Positions 20,974-28,846 are shown, counted from the first letter of the stretch. The stretch: DNA of 64,000 bases from Myxococcales bacterium (GCA_045863395.1 BTVJ01000002.1:192001-256000), one strand, 5' to 3'. The notes: generated by a model from the sequence alone, not told the origin. Numbers and translations are program-made.

Positions 20974-22206
20974 ATGAGGCGCGCGTGGATGGTGGCAGCA
21001 CTGCTCGTCGTGGGCTGCGGGGATGAGGCGGGGCCCGGCGGGACGGGTGTGGCGGGCTCGGCCTTCGAGCCGGTCCAAGGCATCGGGGAGCCCGACGTGG
21101 CGGCCGATGCCCTTCCCGACGAGCCCCTGCCCGACGTGGTCGTGGCTCCCTTCGACGTGGCGGACCAGGACGCCGGGCCTGCGACCACGCTCGACACCGG
21201 GGCCGGCGGCGCGGATACCCCGATGGTCGACGCTCTGACCGAGGACGCGTCGTCCCCCGACACGGTCACACCGATAGATACGGCGCAGCCGGAGGACGTC
21301 TGGACGCCCCCGCAGGACGTCGCCGCACCTGCGGACGTCGCCACTCCCCCCGTGGGATCCCCAGGCGACCCGGGGCCCTATGGCGCGAAGGTCCAGGACA
21401 AGGTGGTCATCGACACCTTCGACGGCCGCAAGGTGGAGGCGACGCTGTGCCTGCCCTCGCTGGACGGCGGCGCAACGGTCGCCCAGGGCCCGCTCTCCCT
21501 CGTCATCCTGTCCCCTGGCTTCCAGGTCGACCGCGCCCAGTATGGCTGGGGCTGCAAGCACCTGGCGACGTGGGGCTTCCTCGTCGTGCTCCAGTCCTAC
21601 GCCGGGTCGGGGCTCTTCCCGGACCACTCCGCCATCGCGCAGGACATCAGCAAGATCATCGACTGGGTGGGCTCCCCGAAGAGTGGCCTCGCCGAGCGCT
21701 GGGACGGCTCGGTCGGTACGGCGGGGCACAGCCTCGGCGGCAAGCTCAGCCTCCTGGCTGCCGCCATCGACCCGCGCGTCGGCGCCGTGGCCGGGTGGGA
21801 CCCCGTCGACGCCAACGCCCCCTCCGTGACGCCGGAGATGATGGGCGATGTCCAGGCTCCGCTGCTGCTGCTGGGTGAGACGCTGGACGGTAGCGGCTGG
21901 ACTGCGTGCGCTCCGACGGACCAGAACTACCACCAGTACTTCGAGGCGGCGAAGCCCCCGGCGCTGGAGATCACGGTCCTCGGCGCCGACCACATGGACT
22001 GGGTGGACGATCAGAACTGCCTCCCATGCCTCGCCTGCAAGAAGGGCACAGCCGACCACGTGGAGGTCAAGGCCCTGACGCGGCGGACGACGGCGGCCTT
22101 CTTCCTGGCCCACCTCCGGGGGAGCCCGTGGATGGAGCCGTGGCTCACGGGCAGCGTCATGCAGGCAGACGTGGCGGCGGGGCGGGTCACCCTCCAGCAG
22201 AAGTGA
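20974..22206 (+). CDS. Alpha/beta-hydrolase lipoprotein (chlorophyllase/cutinase-like)
   Basis: Lipobox VVGC; PGF oxyanion loop; HLATWGF; nucleophile elbow GHSLGG; WDPVD; ADHMDW. Confidence 0.8.
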   Translation: MRRAWMVAALLVVGCGDEAGPGGTGVAGSAFEPVQGIGEPDVAADALPDEPLPDVVVAPFDVADQDAGPATTLDTGAGGADTPMVDALTEDASSPDTVTPIDTAQPEDVWTPPQDVAAPADVATPPVGSPGDPGPYGAKVQDKVVIDTFDGRKVEATLCLPSLDGGATVAQGPLSLVILSPGFQVDRAQYGWGCKHLATWGFLVVLQSYAGSGLFPDHSAIAQDISKIIDWVGSPKSGLAERWDGSVGTAGHSLGGKLSLLAAAIDPRVGAVAGWDPVDANAPSVTPEMMGDVQAPLLLLGETLDGSGWTACAPTDQNYHQYFEAAKPPALEITVLGADHMDWVDDQNCLPCLACKKGTADHVEVKALTRRTTAAFFLAHLRGSPWMEPWLTGSVMQADVAAGRVTLQQK

Positions 22207-22225
22207 CGCCGCCGCACGAATCCTC

Positions 22226-22254
22226 TTGACCGTTCAGGGGCCCGATGCTACAAA
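22226..22254 (+). promoter_or_regulatory. Sigma70-type promoter of tRNA-Ala
   Basis: TTGACC-N17-TACAAA with extended TG, 18 nt before the tRNA. Confidence 0.6.
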
Positions 22255-22272
22255 CCGCTCCGCATCACGGCT

Positions 22273-22345
22273 GGGGCTGTAGCTCAGCTGGGAGAGCGCC
22301 AGAATCGCACTCTGGAGGCCGTCGGTTCGATCCCGATCAGCTCCA
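22273..22345 (+). tRNA. tRNA-Ala(CGC), CCA not encoded; prophage integration site
   Basis: Cloverleaf: acceptor GGGGCTG/CAGCTCC with G3:U70, D arm GCTC/GAGC, anticodon stem CCAGA/TCTGG with loop AT-CGC-AC, T loop TTCGATC. Confidence 0.96.
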
Positions 22346-22349
22346 CTGA
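22298..22349 (+). repeat. attL core (52 bp)
   Basis: GCCAGAATCGCACTCTGGAGGCCGTCGGTTCGATCCCGATCAGCTCCACTGA, identical to 55909-55960. Confidence 0.95.
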
Positions 22350-22414
22350 AATCCAGCGGTTACGTGATGCTCGGCGGCGGCCGGTGGGATCGTCCACCGG
22401 TTCGCCACCGATAC

Positions 22415-23605
22415 TCAGAAGCCCTCGGAGGGTCCATCTCCGGGGGCTTCGTCGTTTCCGACCACCTGCAGCATCGGAGCCCCTTCCCACAGCCGGTCCG
22501 CGATCCCGCCGAGTGCCGCTGCAGCTCGCCGCCGGTCCCCCGGCAGCACGTGCCTGTAGCTCGCCTTCGTGGTCCGCTCGTCGCGGTGCCCGGCCAGGTC
22601 CCGCAGGTCCTCCGCCGGTACCTCCTGGCCAGCCAGAGTCAGCGCTGTGTGGCGCAGGCCGTAGGGGCTGACGTAGGGGACGCCGGCAAGGGCTGCCGTG
22701 GCCTGGATGCGCCGCCGCAGCGGCTTCTCGTCGCGGGCCCGGCAGCCCCGCCGGCCGAGGGGCCAGACCAGCGCCGTCCCGGTGGCGCCGGACGCGAGCC
22801 TGGAGGTGATCCACGCACGCAGGAGCTCGAGGGCCCGCGTGCTCTTGATCGGCACGGCGCGCTCGGCCTCCTCGCTCTTGCCCTCCGCGATCCGCACGAC
22901 CCCATAGAGGAGGTCCACGTCGCGGATCGTCAGACGCGTAAGCTCTCCTGGGCGCAGCGCTGACGACAGCGCGACCCCCACCAGCGAGGGCCACTCGGGC
23001 CACCTGTCGCCGAGCTTCACGGCGGCCCGCAGGAAGGGCCCCACCTCCGCCGTGCGCAACCACTCCCGCCCACGCTTGCCCTTCGGCCGCTTCAGGTCGG
23101 CCCACGTTGCCTCCTTCGCCCAGCCCTTCGAGACGAGCCAGCGCTGCCACTCGGTGATGGCGGCCAGCTCGGCCCGGACCGTGGCGGGGCTGATGGTCTC
23201 CCCGTCCCGAGCTCCCGGCATGGCGAGGCGCCTGGTGCGGTAGTCCTCCCCCTGGGCCGCGGTCAGCTCCCACGGGTCGGGGCGCCCAAGGACTCGCCCC
23301 ACGGCCTCGATGCGCTGCCTGTAGACGGCGATGCCCGTCTCCTTGTCCCCCTCGGCTCGCCGGTGCGCCAGGAAGAGGTCCCGCGCATCGTCCCAGCTCT
23401 GTGGCGCGATCAGGCCCCGGGTGCTGAGCTGCTCGACGAAGGCCGATGCGGCCGCCTCCGCTGCTCTCTCCGTTGTGCCAGCAGGAAGGCGGATCTCCCG
23501 AGTGCGCGGCCTGCCTCGTACTCGATCCCAGGTCGTGTAGGCGATGACCCACTGCCCGTGGTGCTGTCGGGCCCATGCTCTGTCTCCCGTGTACTTCCGT
23601 CCCAT
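22415..23605 (-). CDS. int: Tyrosine recombinase / phage integrase
   Basis: Catalytic R (ALRPGEL), K (GKS), YGLRH, LAGH and Y (TTKASY); adjacent to attL. Confidence 0.93.
   Translation of the reverse strand: MGRKYTGDRAWARQHHGQWVIAYTTWDRVRGRPRTREIRLPAGTTERAAEAAASAFVEQLSTRGLIAPQSWDDARDLFLAHRRAEGDKETGIAVYRQRIEAVGRVLGRPDPWELTAAQGEDYRTRRLAMPGARDGETISPATVRAELAAITEWQRWLVSKGWAKEATWADLKRPKGKRGREWLRTAEVGPFLRAAVKLGDRWPEWPSLVGVALSSALRPGELTRLTIRDVDLLYGVVRIAEGKSEEAERAVPIKSTRALELLRAWITSRLASGATGTALVWPLGRRGCRARDEKPLRRRIQATAALAGVPYVSPYGLRHTALTLAGQEVPAEDLRDLAGHRDERTTKASYRHVLPGDRRRAAAALGGIADRLWEGAPMLQVVGNDEAPGDGPSEGF
22418..22456 (+). terminator. Probable tRNA terminator hairpin inside attL, overlapping the integrase 3' end
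   Basis: GAAGCCCTCGGAG-N7-CTCCGGGGGCTTC followed by GTCGTTT. Confidence 0.55.
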
Positions 23606-23759
23606 GGTGACTCCTCAGTCGGTATGGGGCGGCGAAGCGATGGTGCCGCCGAGGATGCGCCCTCTCCCCGCCAGCGCGCAAGCTGCGCCTCCAGCACGCC
23701 CAGCTCCGCTCGCAGCCCGACGACGCGGGCCTCCAGCGCGGTGATGGTGGCGGGGTCGG

Positions 23760-24326
23760 TCACGGGGCCACTCGCCGGCGCGGTTCTGGCATGGCGAGCC
23801 CCAGCGCCGCGAAGAAGTACGCCTCCTCCTCGCACATGGACACGCTGCCCGGCCCCGCCCTCCGCAGAGCCCCGTCCTGGACGTAGAGCCCCCGGGTCCT
23901 CGCCCGCGTGACCAGCCACTGTGAGTAGTCGGCAGGGCCTGTCCGGATGGCTGCGATGACGCCCCACTGCGCCGGCGGACGCACGATGAACAGATCGAGC
24001 TGCGCACCATCGAGCGCGGCGATGGAGTACTGCCGCATGCGCGGGCCCATGCGTGGGCCCGGCACCAGATCGCCGGCTGTGATCTGGCGGTCGAGCTCGT
24101 GGAGGAGGTGGTCTCGCTCGACAATGAGCGGCCCGAGAAGGTCCCCGGGCTCCTCTGCGGGGCCCACGTGAGGGACGCACACGACCTCGATGTCACCGAC
24201 TGTTGGCTTGCAGCGTCTGACGCTGCCTGCCACCAGGACGCGGAGGACGGCGCCGCACAGCAACAGCCGCTCGGTCCAGGGGTAGGCCCACGCTTCGGCG
24301 CGGGCTAGAGGCAGTCTGGTCTTCAT
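23760..24326 (-). CDS. Minimal X-family DNA polymerase-like nucleotidyltransferase (188 aa, palm+thumb only)
   Basis: AGSVRRCKPTVGDIEVV, QLDLFIV, RTGPADY, RG..V.DGAL, EEE.FF.ALGL...P..R; ATGA overlap with the upstream ORF. Confidence 0.8.
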   Translation of the reverse strand: MKTRLPLARAEAWAYPWTERLLLCGAVLRVLVAGSVRRCKPTVGDIEVVCVPHVGPAEEPGDLLGPLIVERDHLLHELDRQITAGDLVPGPRMGPRMRQYSIAALDGAQLDLFIVRPPAQWGVIAAIRTGPADYSQWLVTRARTRGLYVQDGALRRAGPGSVSMCEEEAYFFAALGLAMPEPRRRVAP

Positions 24327-24568
24327 GGGGTCTCCGTGGTGCAGGGGGCGCCGTCGTGGCAGGCAGCGTCCCCGGCATACAGCGCCTCCACCCACTCCCC
24401 GGCGGCCTGGGCATTAGACATGCTCGGGCATTGGATTCCCTGGGCTGCGAGCCTGAGCGCTCGCGCGGGGACATAGCCGAGCATCTCCATCCGTCCGCAG
24501 TGGACGCAGGTTGCCGTGATGCCGCCGTCCCTGACGATGCACCAGGCGTGGGGCCGGGGACTGTCCAT
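24323..24568 (-). CDS. Small phage protein with CxxC
   Basis: AGGAGG RBS; CVHC; translationally coupled to the PolX gene. Confidence 0.55.
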   Translation of the reverse strand: MDSPRPHAWCIVRDGGITATCVHCGRMEMLGYVPARALRLAAQGIQCPSMSNAQAAGEWVEALYAGDAACHDGAPCTTETP

Positions 24569-24652
24569 CCGATCCTCCTGTCGTAGCTGCCCGCCCGCCC
24601 CGAGCGCGCGAGCAATGGGGCGGGCGGGCCTACCCCACCGTGGGGCAGGCTG

Positions 24653-25417
24653 TCATGGGGTCGCCGGGCCGCGGGTCTTGACCCTGGCCTCGTAGGCCGC
24701 GGCCTCGCTGCGCCTTGCGATGGCCGTGTGCTCTCGGGCCTCGGTCAGGTCGGCGCGGGCTTCGTCGCGCTCCGCGCGCGCCGCGGCGAGCTGCTCTCGG
24801 AGCCGAGCGCACTCGGACTCGGCCTCGTCGCGCTCCCCTCTGGTGAGCGTGAGCAGAGCGGCCATCGTCTCCGCATGTGCGGTCGCCGCGTCCCGCTCCT
24901 TGGTGATGCAGAGGATGCAGACTCGCTCGCCACCGCTCTGGCGGTAGTCGCAGCACATCTCGCCGCACCTGCTGCACGGAACCTCCTCGTTGCAGAGGAG
25001 GTCTCCGTCGCAGTGCCGGCCACTGGTGCCGACTGGGAGGCGCTCTGGCTCTGCCTCGGGCCTCGGCGCCTGCGCCTGCCCCAGCGCGCTCAGCATGTCT
25101 CGCGCCCAGGCGGACACGCCCCCGGCCCGGGCCTCCGCGACGAGTGCCTCGGCCACCGCCGCGAGCTGCGAGGCTCCCCGGTCATCACCCTGGCGGGGCG
25201 CGTCAAGGAATGCCGCCTGCTCGTCATGGTGGGACGGACACGCGACGTACCAACCCAGCGCCTGGTAGTCGGGCGTGAGGGCGTCCTCGTCGAGGGCCGT
25301 GTTGAGAGCGGCGATGGCCGCTTCGATGTCCCCGTCGTCCTCGAGGGCGGCGAGCACCGTGCGGCAGAGACTGCGGAGCTCCTCAGCCTCGCCGCTCGGG
25401 TGCGCCGCGCACCGCAA
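24653..25417 (-). CDS. Phage protein with Cys cluster and C-terminal coiled coil (5' end probably lost)
   Basis: CSRCGEMCC..CILC followed by ERDEA heptad repeats; no convincing start; overlaps the ParB fragment. Confidence 0.5.
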   Translation of the reverse strand: MRCAAHPSGEAEELRSLCRTVLAALEDDGDIEAAIAALNTALDEDALTPDYQALGWYVACPSHHDEQAAFLDAPRQGDDRGASQLAAVAEALVAEARAGGVSAWARDMLSALGQAQAPRPEAEPERLPVGTSGRHCDGDLLCNEEVPCSRCGEMCCDYRQSGGERVCILCITKERDAATAHAETMAALLTLTRGERDEAESECARLREQLAAARAERDEARADLTEAREHTAIARRSEAAAYEARVKTRGPATP

Positions 25418-25680
25418 ACCAGCTCGAAGCGGTCGCCTGTCGTGCGCAGCAGAACCGGCGCCAGCACGCCCACCTCGCGAATGCTGGCGGCGAGCTCCGC
25501 CACACGCTCCGAGCAGAAGCGCCGGCGGGGGTTGTGCGGAGACTCGTCGATCCGCGCGAGCGGGATGATCGCCGCGTAGCCGTCGGGCGCCCGGGTTGAC
25601 GGCGGAGGTGCATCCACGGGCTTGGTGTCCGGCTTCTTCTTGGTCGGTCGCTGCGGCTTGGCTGTCTTCGTCTCGGTCAT
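25385..25680 (-). pseudogene. ParB/Srx N-terminal domain fragment, interrupted after box II
   Basis: IPLARIDESPHNPRRRF..VAELAASIREVGVLAPVLLR..FELVCGARRTRAA, then S/R/P-rich non-ParB sequence to a stop at 25090. Confidence 0.65.
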
Positions 25681-25892
25681 CCTCGTCTCCCTGCCTCCTC
25701 GGCCTGTTCCTGTCGGGTCATCTGCTGCAGGGGCAGGGCCATCTGCCCGGCCTTCGTCTGAGCCTCGGCACCGCACGGGGTCGTGCGGATGTGCTGCTGC
25801 TGGGTGTCCTGGACGGTACGGGCGCCGCAGCGGTAGACCAGCTCCACCACCGCCGCGCTGCACGATGGACAGACTCGGGGTGAGATCGGCAT
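25677..25892 (-). CDS. Small phage protein (CxxC..C..C, possible Zn ribbon)
   Basis: CPSC..C..C; ATGA overlap with the ParB start. Confidence 0.5.
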   Translation of the reverse strand: MPISPRVCPSCSAAVVELVYRCGARTVQDTQQQHIRTTPCGAEAQTKAGQMALPLQQMTRQEQAEEAGRRG

Positions 25893-25893
25893 C

Positions 25894-26850
25894 TCAGTAC
25901 TCCTCCGTGGTGACGATCGGGTCCCTCACCGTGCCTCTGTGGGGCATCGTCGGAATGGGGCACAGGCGCATCGCCTCTAGGGCGGCGCGCTCCTTCGGTG
26001 TCGGTGCTCGCCGGCCCATGGCCACCTGGTCGCACTGCCCCCGCGTCAGACCGGTCCCTGCCAGGATCTCCGACACCGACCACCCGGCGTCCAGGAGCTG
26101 CCGGACCAGGGCCTGGCCTTTTGCGTGCTTCGCAGCCCAGCCACAGCGGATCAGGTGCGCGCGGTGCTGGCCGGTGCAGGGGCGCCCGCACTTCGGGCAA
26201 GGGAAGGTCTCTGGCGCTCGCTCTGCGTCTGCATCGAGGAGCTGCCCGATGTGGGGCGCCGGACCCACGCCCTTCGGCTGGTCCGCGTACCGGGGGCGGG
26301 CCCCGTAGTGGCGGAGCATCTGTTCCACCGCGCTCCGCGTGACCCCTCGGGCCTCCACGATCTCGTCGATACAGGCGCCTCGCTCGACCAGCGCAGCCAC
26401 CGCGGCCCTGCTGGCCGGGTCAGTTCCTGGCTTCGGGGTGGCGGCCCGACGGCCAGGTTCTGGAGGCGACGTCACCGCAACTGGAAGGCCCCGCCGGCCC
26501 TGCTGCGGCACCGGGGGAAGAGGCGGCGGCAGGGGTTCCGCCGCCTCCTCTCCCCGGGCCGCGACGGTGACGACGGAGGCGGGTGGTCCCCCGTCCATCA
26601 GCGCCTGCAGGGCTTTCGCTCCTGCCTCGAGGCGCTCGGCCTCCAGCAGAAGCTGCTCGCGCTCCTTGCCCACGTTGGCCAGCACGGTGACCAGGTCTTG
26701 GGCCCGTCGCCGGCGATAGCTGGCCTCGCCGCGCAGCCACTCCACCGTCGGGAGGTCGCGAACCGTCGGCAAGGTCCCGAAGCGCACGCCCGCCCGTCGC
26801 GCCTCCTCCGCCTCCAGGTCGCTGTCCCGCATGGACGTGCAGTCGCTCAT
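25894..26850 (-). CDS. Phage DNA-binding protein with coiled coil, two HTH-like motifs and a C2HC finger
   Basis: GACIDEIVEARGVTRSAVEQML; CPKC..H..C; GWSVSEILAGTGLTRGQCDQV; ATGA overlap. Confidence 0.6.
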   Translation of the reverse strand: MSDCTSMRDSDLEAEEARRAGVRFGTLPTVRDLPTVEWLRGEASYRRRRAQDLVTVLANVGKEREQLLLEAERLEAGAKALQALMDGGPPASVVTVAARGEEAAEPLPPPLPPVPQQGRRGLPVAVTSPPEPGRRAATPKPGTDPASRAAVAALVERGACIDEIVEARGVTRSAVEQMLRHYGARPRYADQPKGVGPAPHIGQLLDADAERAPETFPCPKCGRPCTGQHRAHLIRCGWAAKHAKGQALVRQLLDAGWSVSEILAGTGLTRGQCDQVAMGRRAPTPKERAALEAMRLCPIPTMPHRGTVRDPIVTTEEY

Positions 26851-27341
26851 GCCTCTCCTCGTGCGGCTCGCCGCCGCGTGATGACGAGCTCCCGCAGCTC
26901 GCCGTGGATGTGCTCGGGGACCTCCCACAGGCCCTCCTTGCCTCGCGCGAGACGGGGCACCGGAAGCGCGTAGCGCTCTGCCACGTGCCACCACATGGTC
27001 ATGTGGGGGTTGGCCCACGGGCTGCGGAAGCCGTAGGGCACCCGGTCGTGCTTGCAGATCCAGTCGATGCGCACCACTCCGAGGACCACGCCCAGCGCGA
27101 GCACCCCCGCCCTGGGGGCCTCGGGCCAGAGCTCCTCGACGGCCGCCCAGGACTCAGGGTCCGGCTGCGTCTTGCTCGCGTGGATCGCCAGCCACAGGCC
27201 ACCGCGCGGGACGTGCCGGCCCCAGGAGCGGTTCTCGACGTCCTTCGGGCCGTGCACCAGGGCGGTGGCCCAGGGCTGGATCACCGACAGGCCGCGGAGC
27301 AGGGGTTGCTCTTCCGCGTGGCTGTAGTGGGGCTTGCTCAC
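26847..27341 (-). CDS. ASCH-domain protein
   Basis: LSVIQPWATALVHGPKDVENRSW..LAIHASK..G.VLGVV..P..RGKEGLW. Confidence 0.85.
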   Translation of the reverse strand: MSKPHYSHAEEQPLLRGLSVIQPWATALVHGPKDVENRSWGRHVPRGGLWLAIHASKTQPDPESWAAVEELWPEAPRAGVLALGVVLGVVRIDWICKHDRVPYGFRSPWANPHMTMWWHVAERYALPVPRLARGKEGLWEVPEHIHGELRELVITRRRAARGEA

Positions 27342-27760
27342 GCCGCGCCCCAGTGCAGGCTCTTAGCCAGCGCTTCGTGCTCCCGCTGCGTCAGGAACTG
27401 ATGGAGGTCCGACCACCCCTCGCCGGTCCACGCGCCGCCGCCGTAGCCGATGAGGCCGACGTGCTTTCGCCAGACGGGCCCGGTGGGCTCGACCTCGGCC
27501 TTGGTCAGCTCGACAGCGCCGTCGGGGAGTGCGACGTAGCCGCAGTCCAGCGGGAGCCGCCCCGCCGCGTGGGAGTAGACGCGGCCGGCGCGGTTCACGC
27601 TGTAGAGGTCGTTGCCGACGCGGTACCAGTGGCAGGGCCACCGGCGCGCGCGCTTCCACAGAGGGCTGTCCAGCCAGGCGTAGAGGTCGAACGGGCGCGG
27701 CGCGGCGGGATTGTGCTGCGGAGCCTCATAATTGAGGGCCAATTGTTCGGATCTTTGCAT
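27338..27760 (-). CDS. First long gene of the leftward early operon, unknown function
   Basis: ATG 27760 lies 5 nt from a LexA-type box; coupled to the ASCH gene by a GTGA overlap. Confidence 0.55.
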   Translation of the reverse strand: MQRSEQLALNYEAPQHNPAAPRPFDLYAWLDSPLWKRARRWPCHWYRVGNDLYSVNRAGRVYSHAAGRLPLDCGYVALPDGAVELTKAEVEPTGPVWRKHVGLIGYGGGAWTGEGWSDLHQFLTQREHEALAKSLHWGAA

Positions 27761-27764
27761 TATG

Positions 27765-27781
27765 CTACTCGCGCGTTCAGT
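27765..27781 (+). promoter_or_regulatory. Myxococcus-type LexA box 1 inside a predicted rightward promoter TTGCAT-N17-CAGTAT (27755-27783)
   Basis: CTACTCGCGCGTTCAGT, 15/17 match to CTRHAMRYBYGTTCAGS. Confidence 0.55.
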
Positions 27782-27831
27782 ATTAGGCTTCTTCTGCCTC
27801 GGACCGCGACCGTCACAAGCATCATGCACCG

Positions 27832-27883
27832 AAGGTGCCGAATGGGCACAATCAAGTCAAGCGGAAACGTGCCTATACGGCAC
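27832..27883 (-). promoter_or_regulatory. Leftward early promoter PL with two repressor operators (OL)
   Basis: Minus-strand TTGACT-N17-CACCTT (27860-27832); GTGCC-N5-GGCAC at 27835-27849 and 27869-27883. Confidence 0.7.
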
Positions 27884-28159
27884 AAACGGGTGAGATGGAC
27901 TCCCGCCTGTCGTTTTGGCCAGGTCGGACGCCTGCAGGTTGACGATCTGGAAGTGGATAGAGAGGCCTGCCCGCAGGCGGGCGATGTGTGCCTAGTGCTA
28001 GCTCAGGACGGGGCGCAGGCACTCACGACGCTGCAGGACGATGGTTCGCACTTGCCGATGTCGGAAGGATTTCGGCCATTGACGCCGTCAGATGTCCACG
28101 TTCAAGGCGTGGTCATCTCTTTTCGCGCGTTCTCTCCCCGACGCTTCTCAGCCCGATGA
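27842..28159 (+). CDS. Degenerate LexA/UmuD (S24)-like C-terminal domain protein lacking the catalytic Ser/Lys
   Basis: LEVDREACPQAGDVCLVLAQDGAQALTTLQDDGSHLPMSEGFRPLTPSDVHVQGVVISF follows the S24 pattern; start could be 27824, 27842 or 27890. Confidence 0.55.
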   Translation: MGTIKSSGNVPIRHKRVRWTPACRFGQVGRLQVDDLEVDREACPQAGDVCLVLAQDGAQALTTLQDDGSHLPMSEGFRPLTPSDVHVQGVVISFRAFSPRRFSAR

Positions 28160-28470
28160 CTCTCACCACCCGGGGGGGCTTTTCCGCGCCCGACGAGCGA
28201 CGCTTCGCCAATGCAGGCCGCAACCATTGGCGCGACTTCCTCGTTGTAGTAGATCCAGCAATCCTCTCCCTGGCTCCGGCCCGCGCTCGGCACCTTCATC
28301 AGCGGAACTCCGCATTGAGCTTCGAGTTCGACGACCGTGAGCCCGAGCGTCACATCACAGTGGCGGAGTTTGCCATCGTCTTGTTGGTACACGAGCATTG
28401 TGGTTGGTGCGTACCCGCACGCAGCGACAAGAAGCACCGCGACAATCGCTGTCCGACGGAGCTTGTTCAT
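28102..28470 (-). CDS. Lipoprotein co-transcribed with the repressor (superinfection-exclusion candidate)
   Basis: MNKLRR + hydrophobic core + lipobox VAAC; ATGA overlap with the repressor stop. Confidence 0.65.
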   Translation of the reverse strand: MNKLRRTAIVAVLLVAACGYAPTTMLVYQQDDGKLRHCDVTLGLTVVELEAQCGVPLMKVPSAGRSQGEDCWIYYNEEVAPMVAACIGEASLVGRGKAPPGGESHRAEKRRGENARKEMTTP

Positions 28471-28808
28471 GTCAGCATCCCCTCTTTTGCCAGTGCTTCT
28501 GCCTGAATCCGCAACAGTCGAATAGCCTGAGCATCGAGCTGGACCAGCAAAGAAATCAACTGCGCAGCCATCGGGTCCATGTCACCCGACGGAGGGGTGG
28601 TGTAACCAAATAGTTCGTGCTCCGCAACCCCCAGGCCCCGCGCCAGGATAGGGATGTGTTCCGCAGTCCAGTTCGCCCGCTCTCGCTCGATCTTGGAGAT
28701 CCATGTGCGGTCCAGGCCGCATGCCTCTCCAAGCTGCTCCTGGCTCATTCCTTTGGCCTTGCGAAGCTCCCGCAGATGTCGGGCAAGTAGGTAAGTCATT
28801 TGCGCCAT
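28467..28808 (-). CDS. Prophage repressor, XRE HTH, no peptidase domain
   Basis: LRELRKAKGMSQEQLGEACGLDRTWISKIER..I..LARGLGV; only ~113 aa; divergent from the Cro-like gene. Confidence 0.85.
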   Translation of the reverse strand: MAQMTYLLARHLRELRKAKGMSQEQLGEACGLDRTWISKIERERANWTAEHIPILARGLGVAEHELFGYTTPPSGDMDPMAAQLISLLVQLDAQAIRLLRIQAEALAKEGMLT

Positions 28809-28846
28809 GACCTGCGATGTTGCCTTTTGCCAAGCCCGATGGACCA

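Noticed and set aside
22222..22237. LexA box at the tRNA promoter (GTTCAG half-site)
   Set aside because: The left half does not match CTRHAM; the sequence is explained by the -35 and spacer
23410..23763. Excisionase upstream of int
   Set aside because: A coupled GTG-start ORF exists, but it is a short coiled coil without a winged-HTH signature and runs ~200 nt into int; not supportable as Xis
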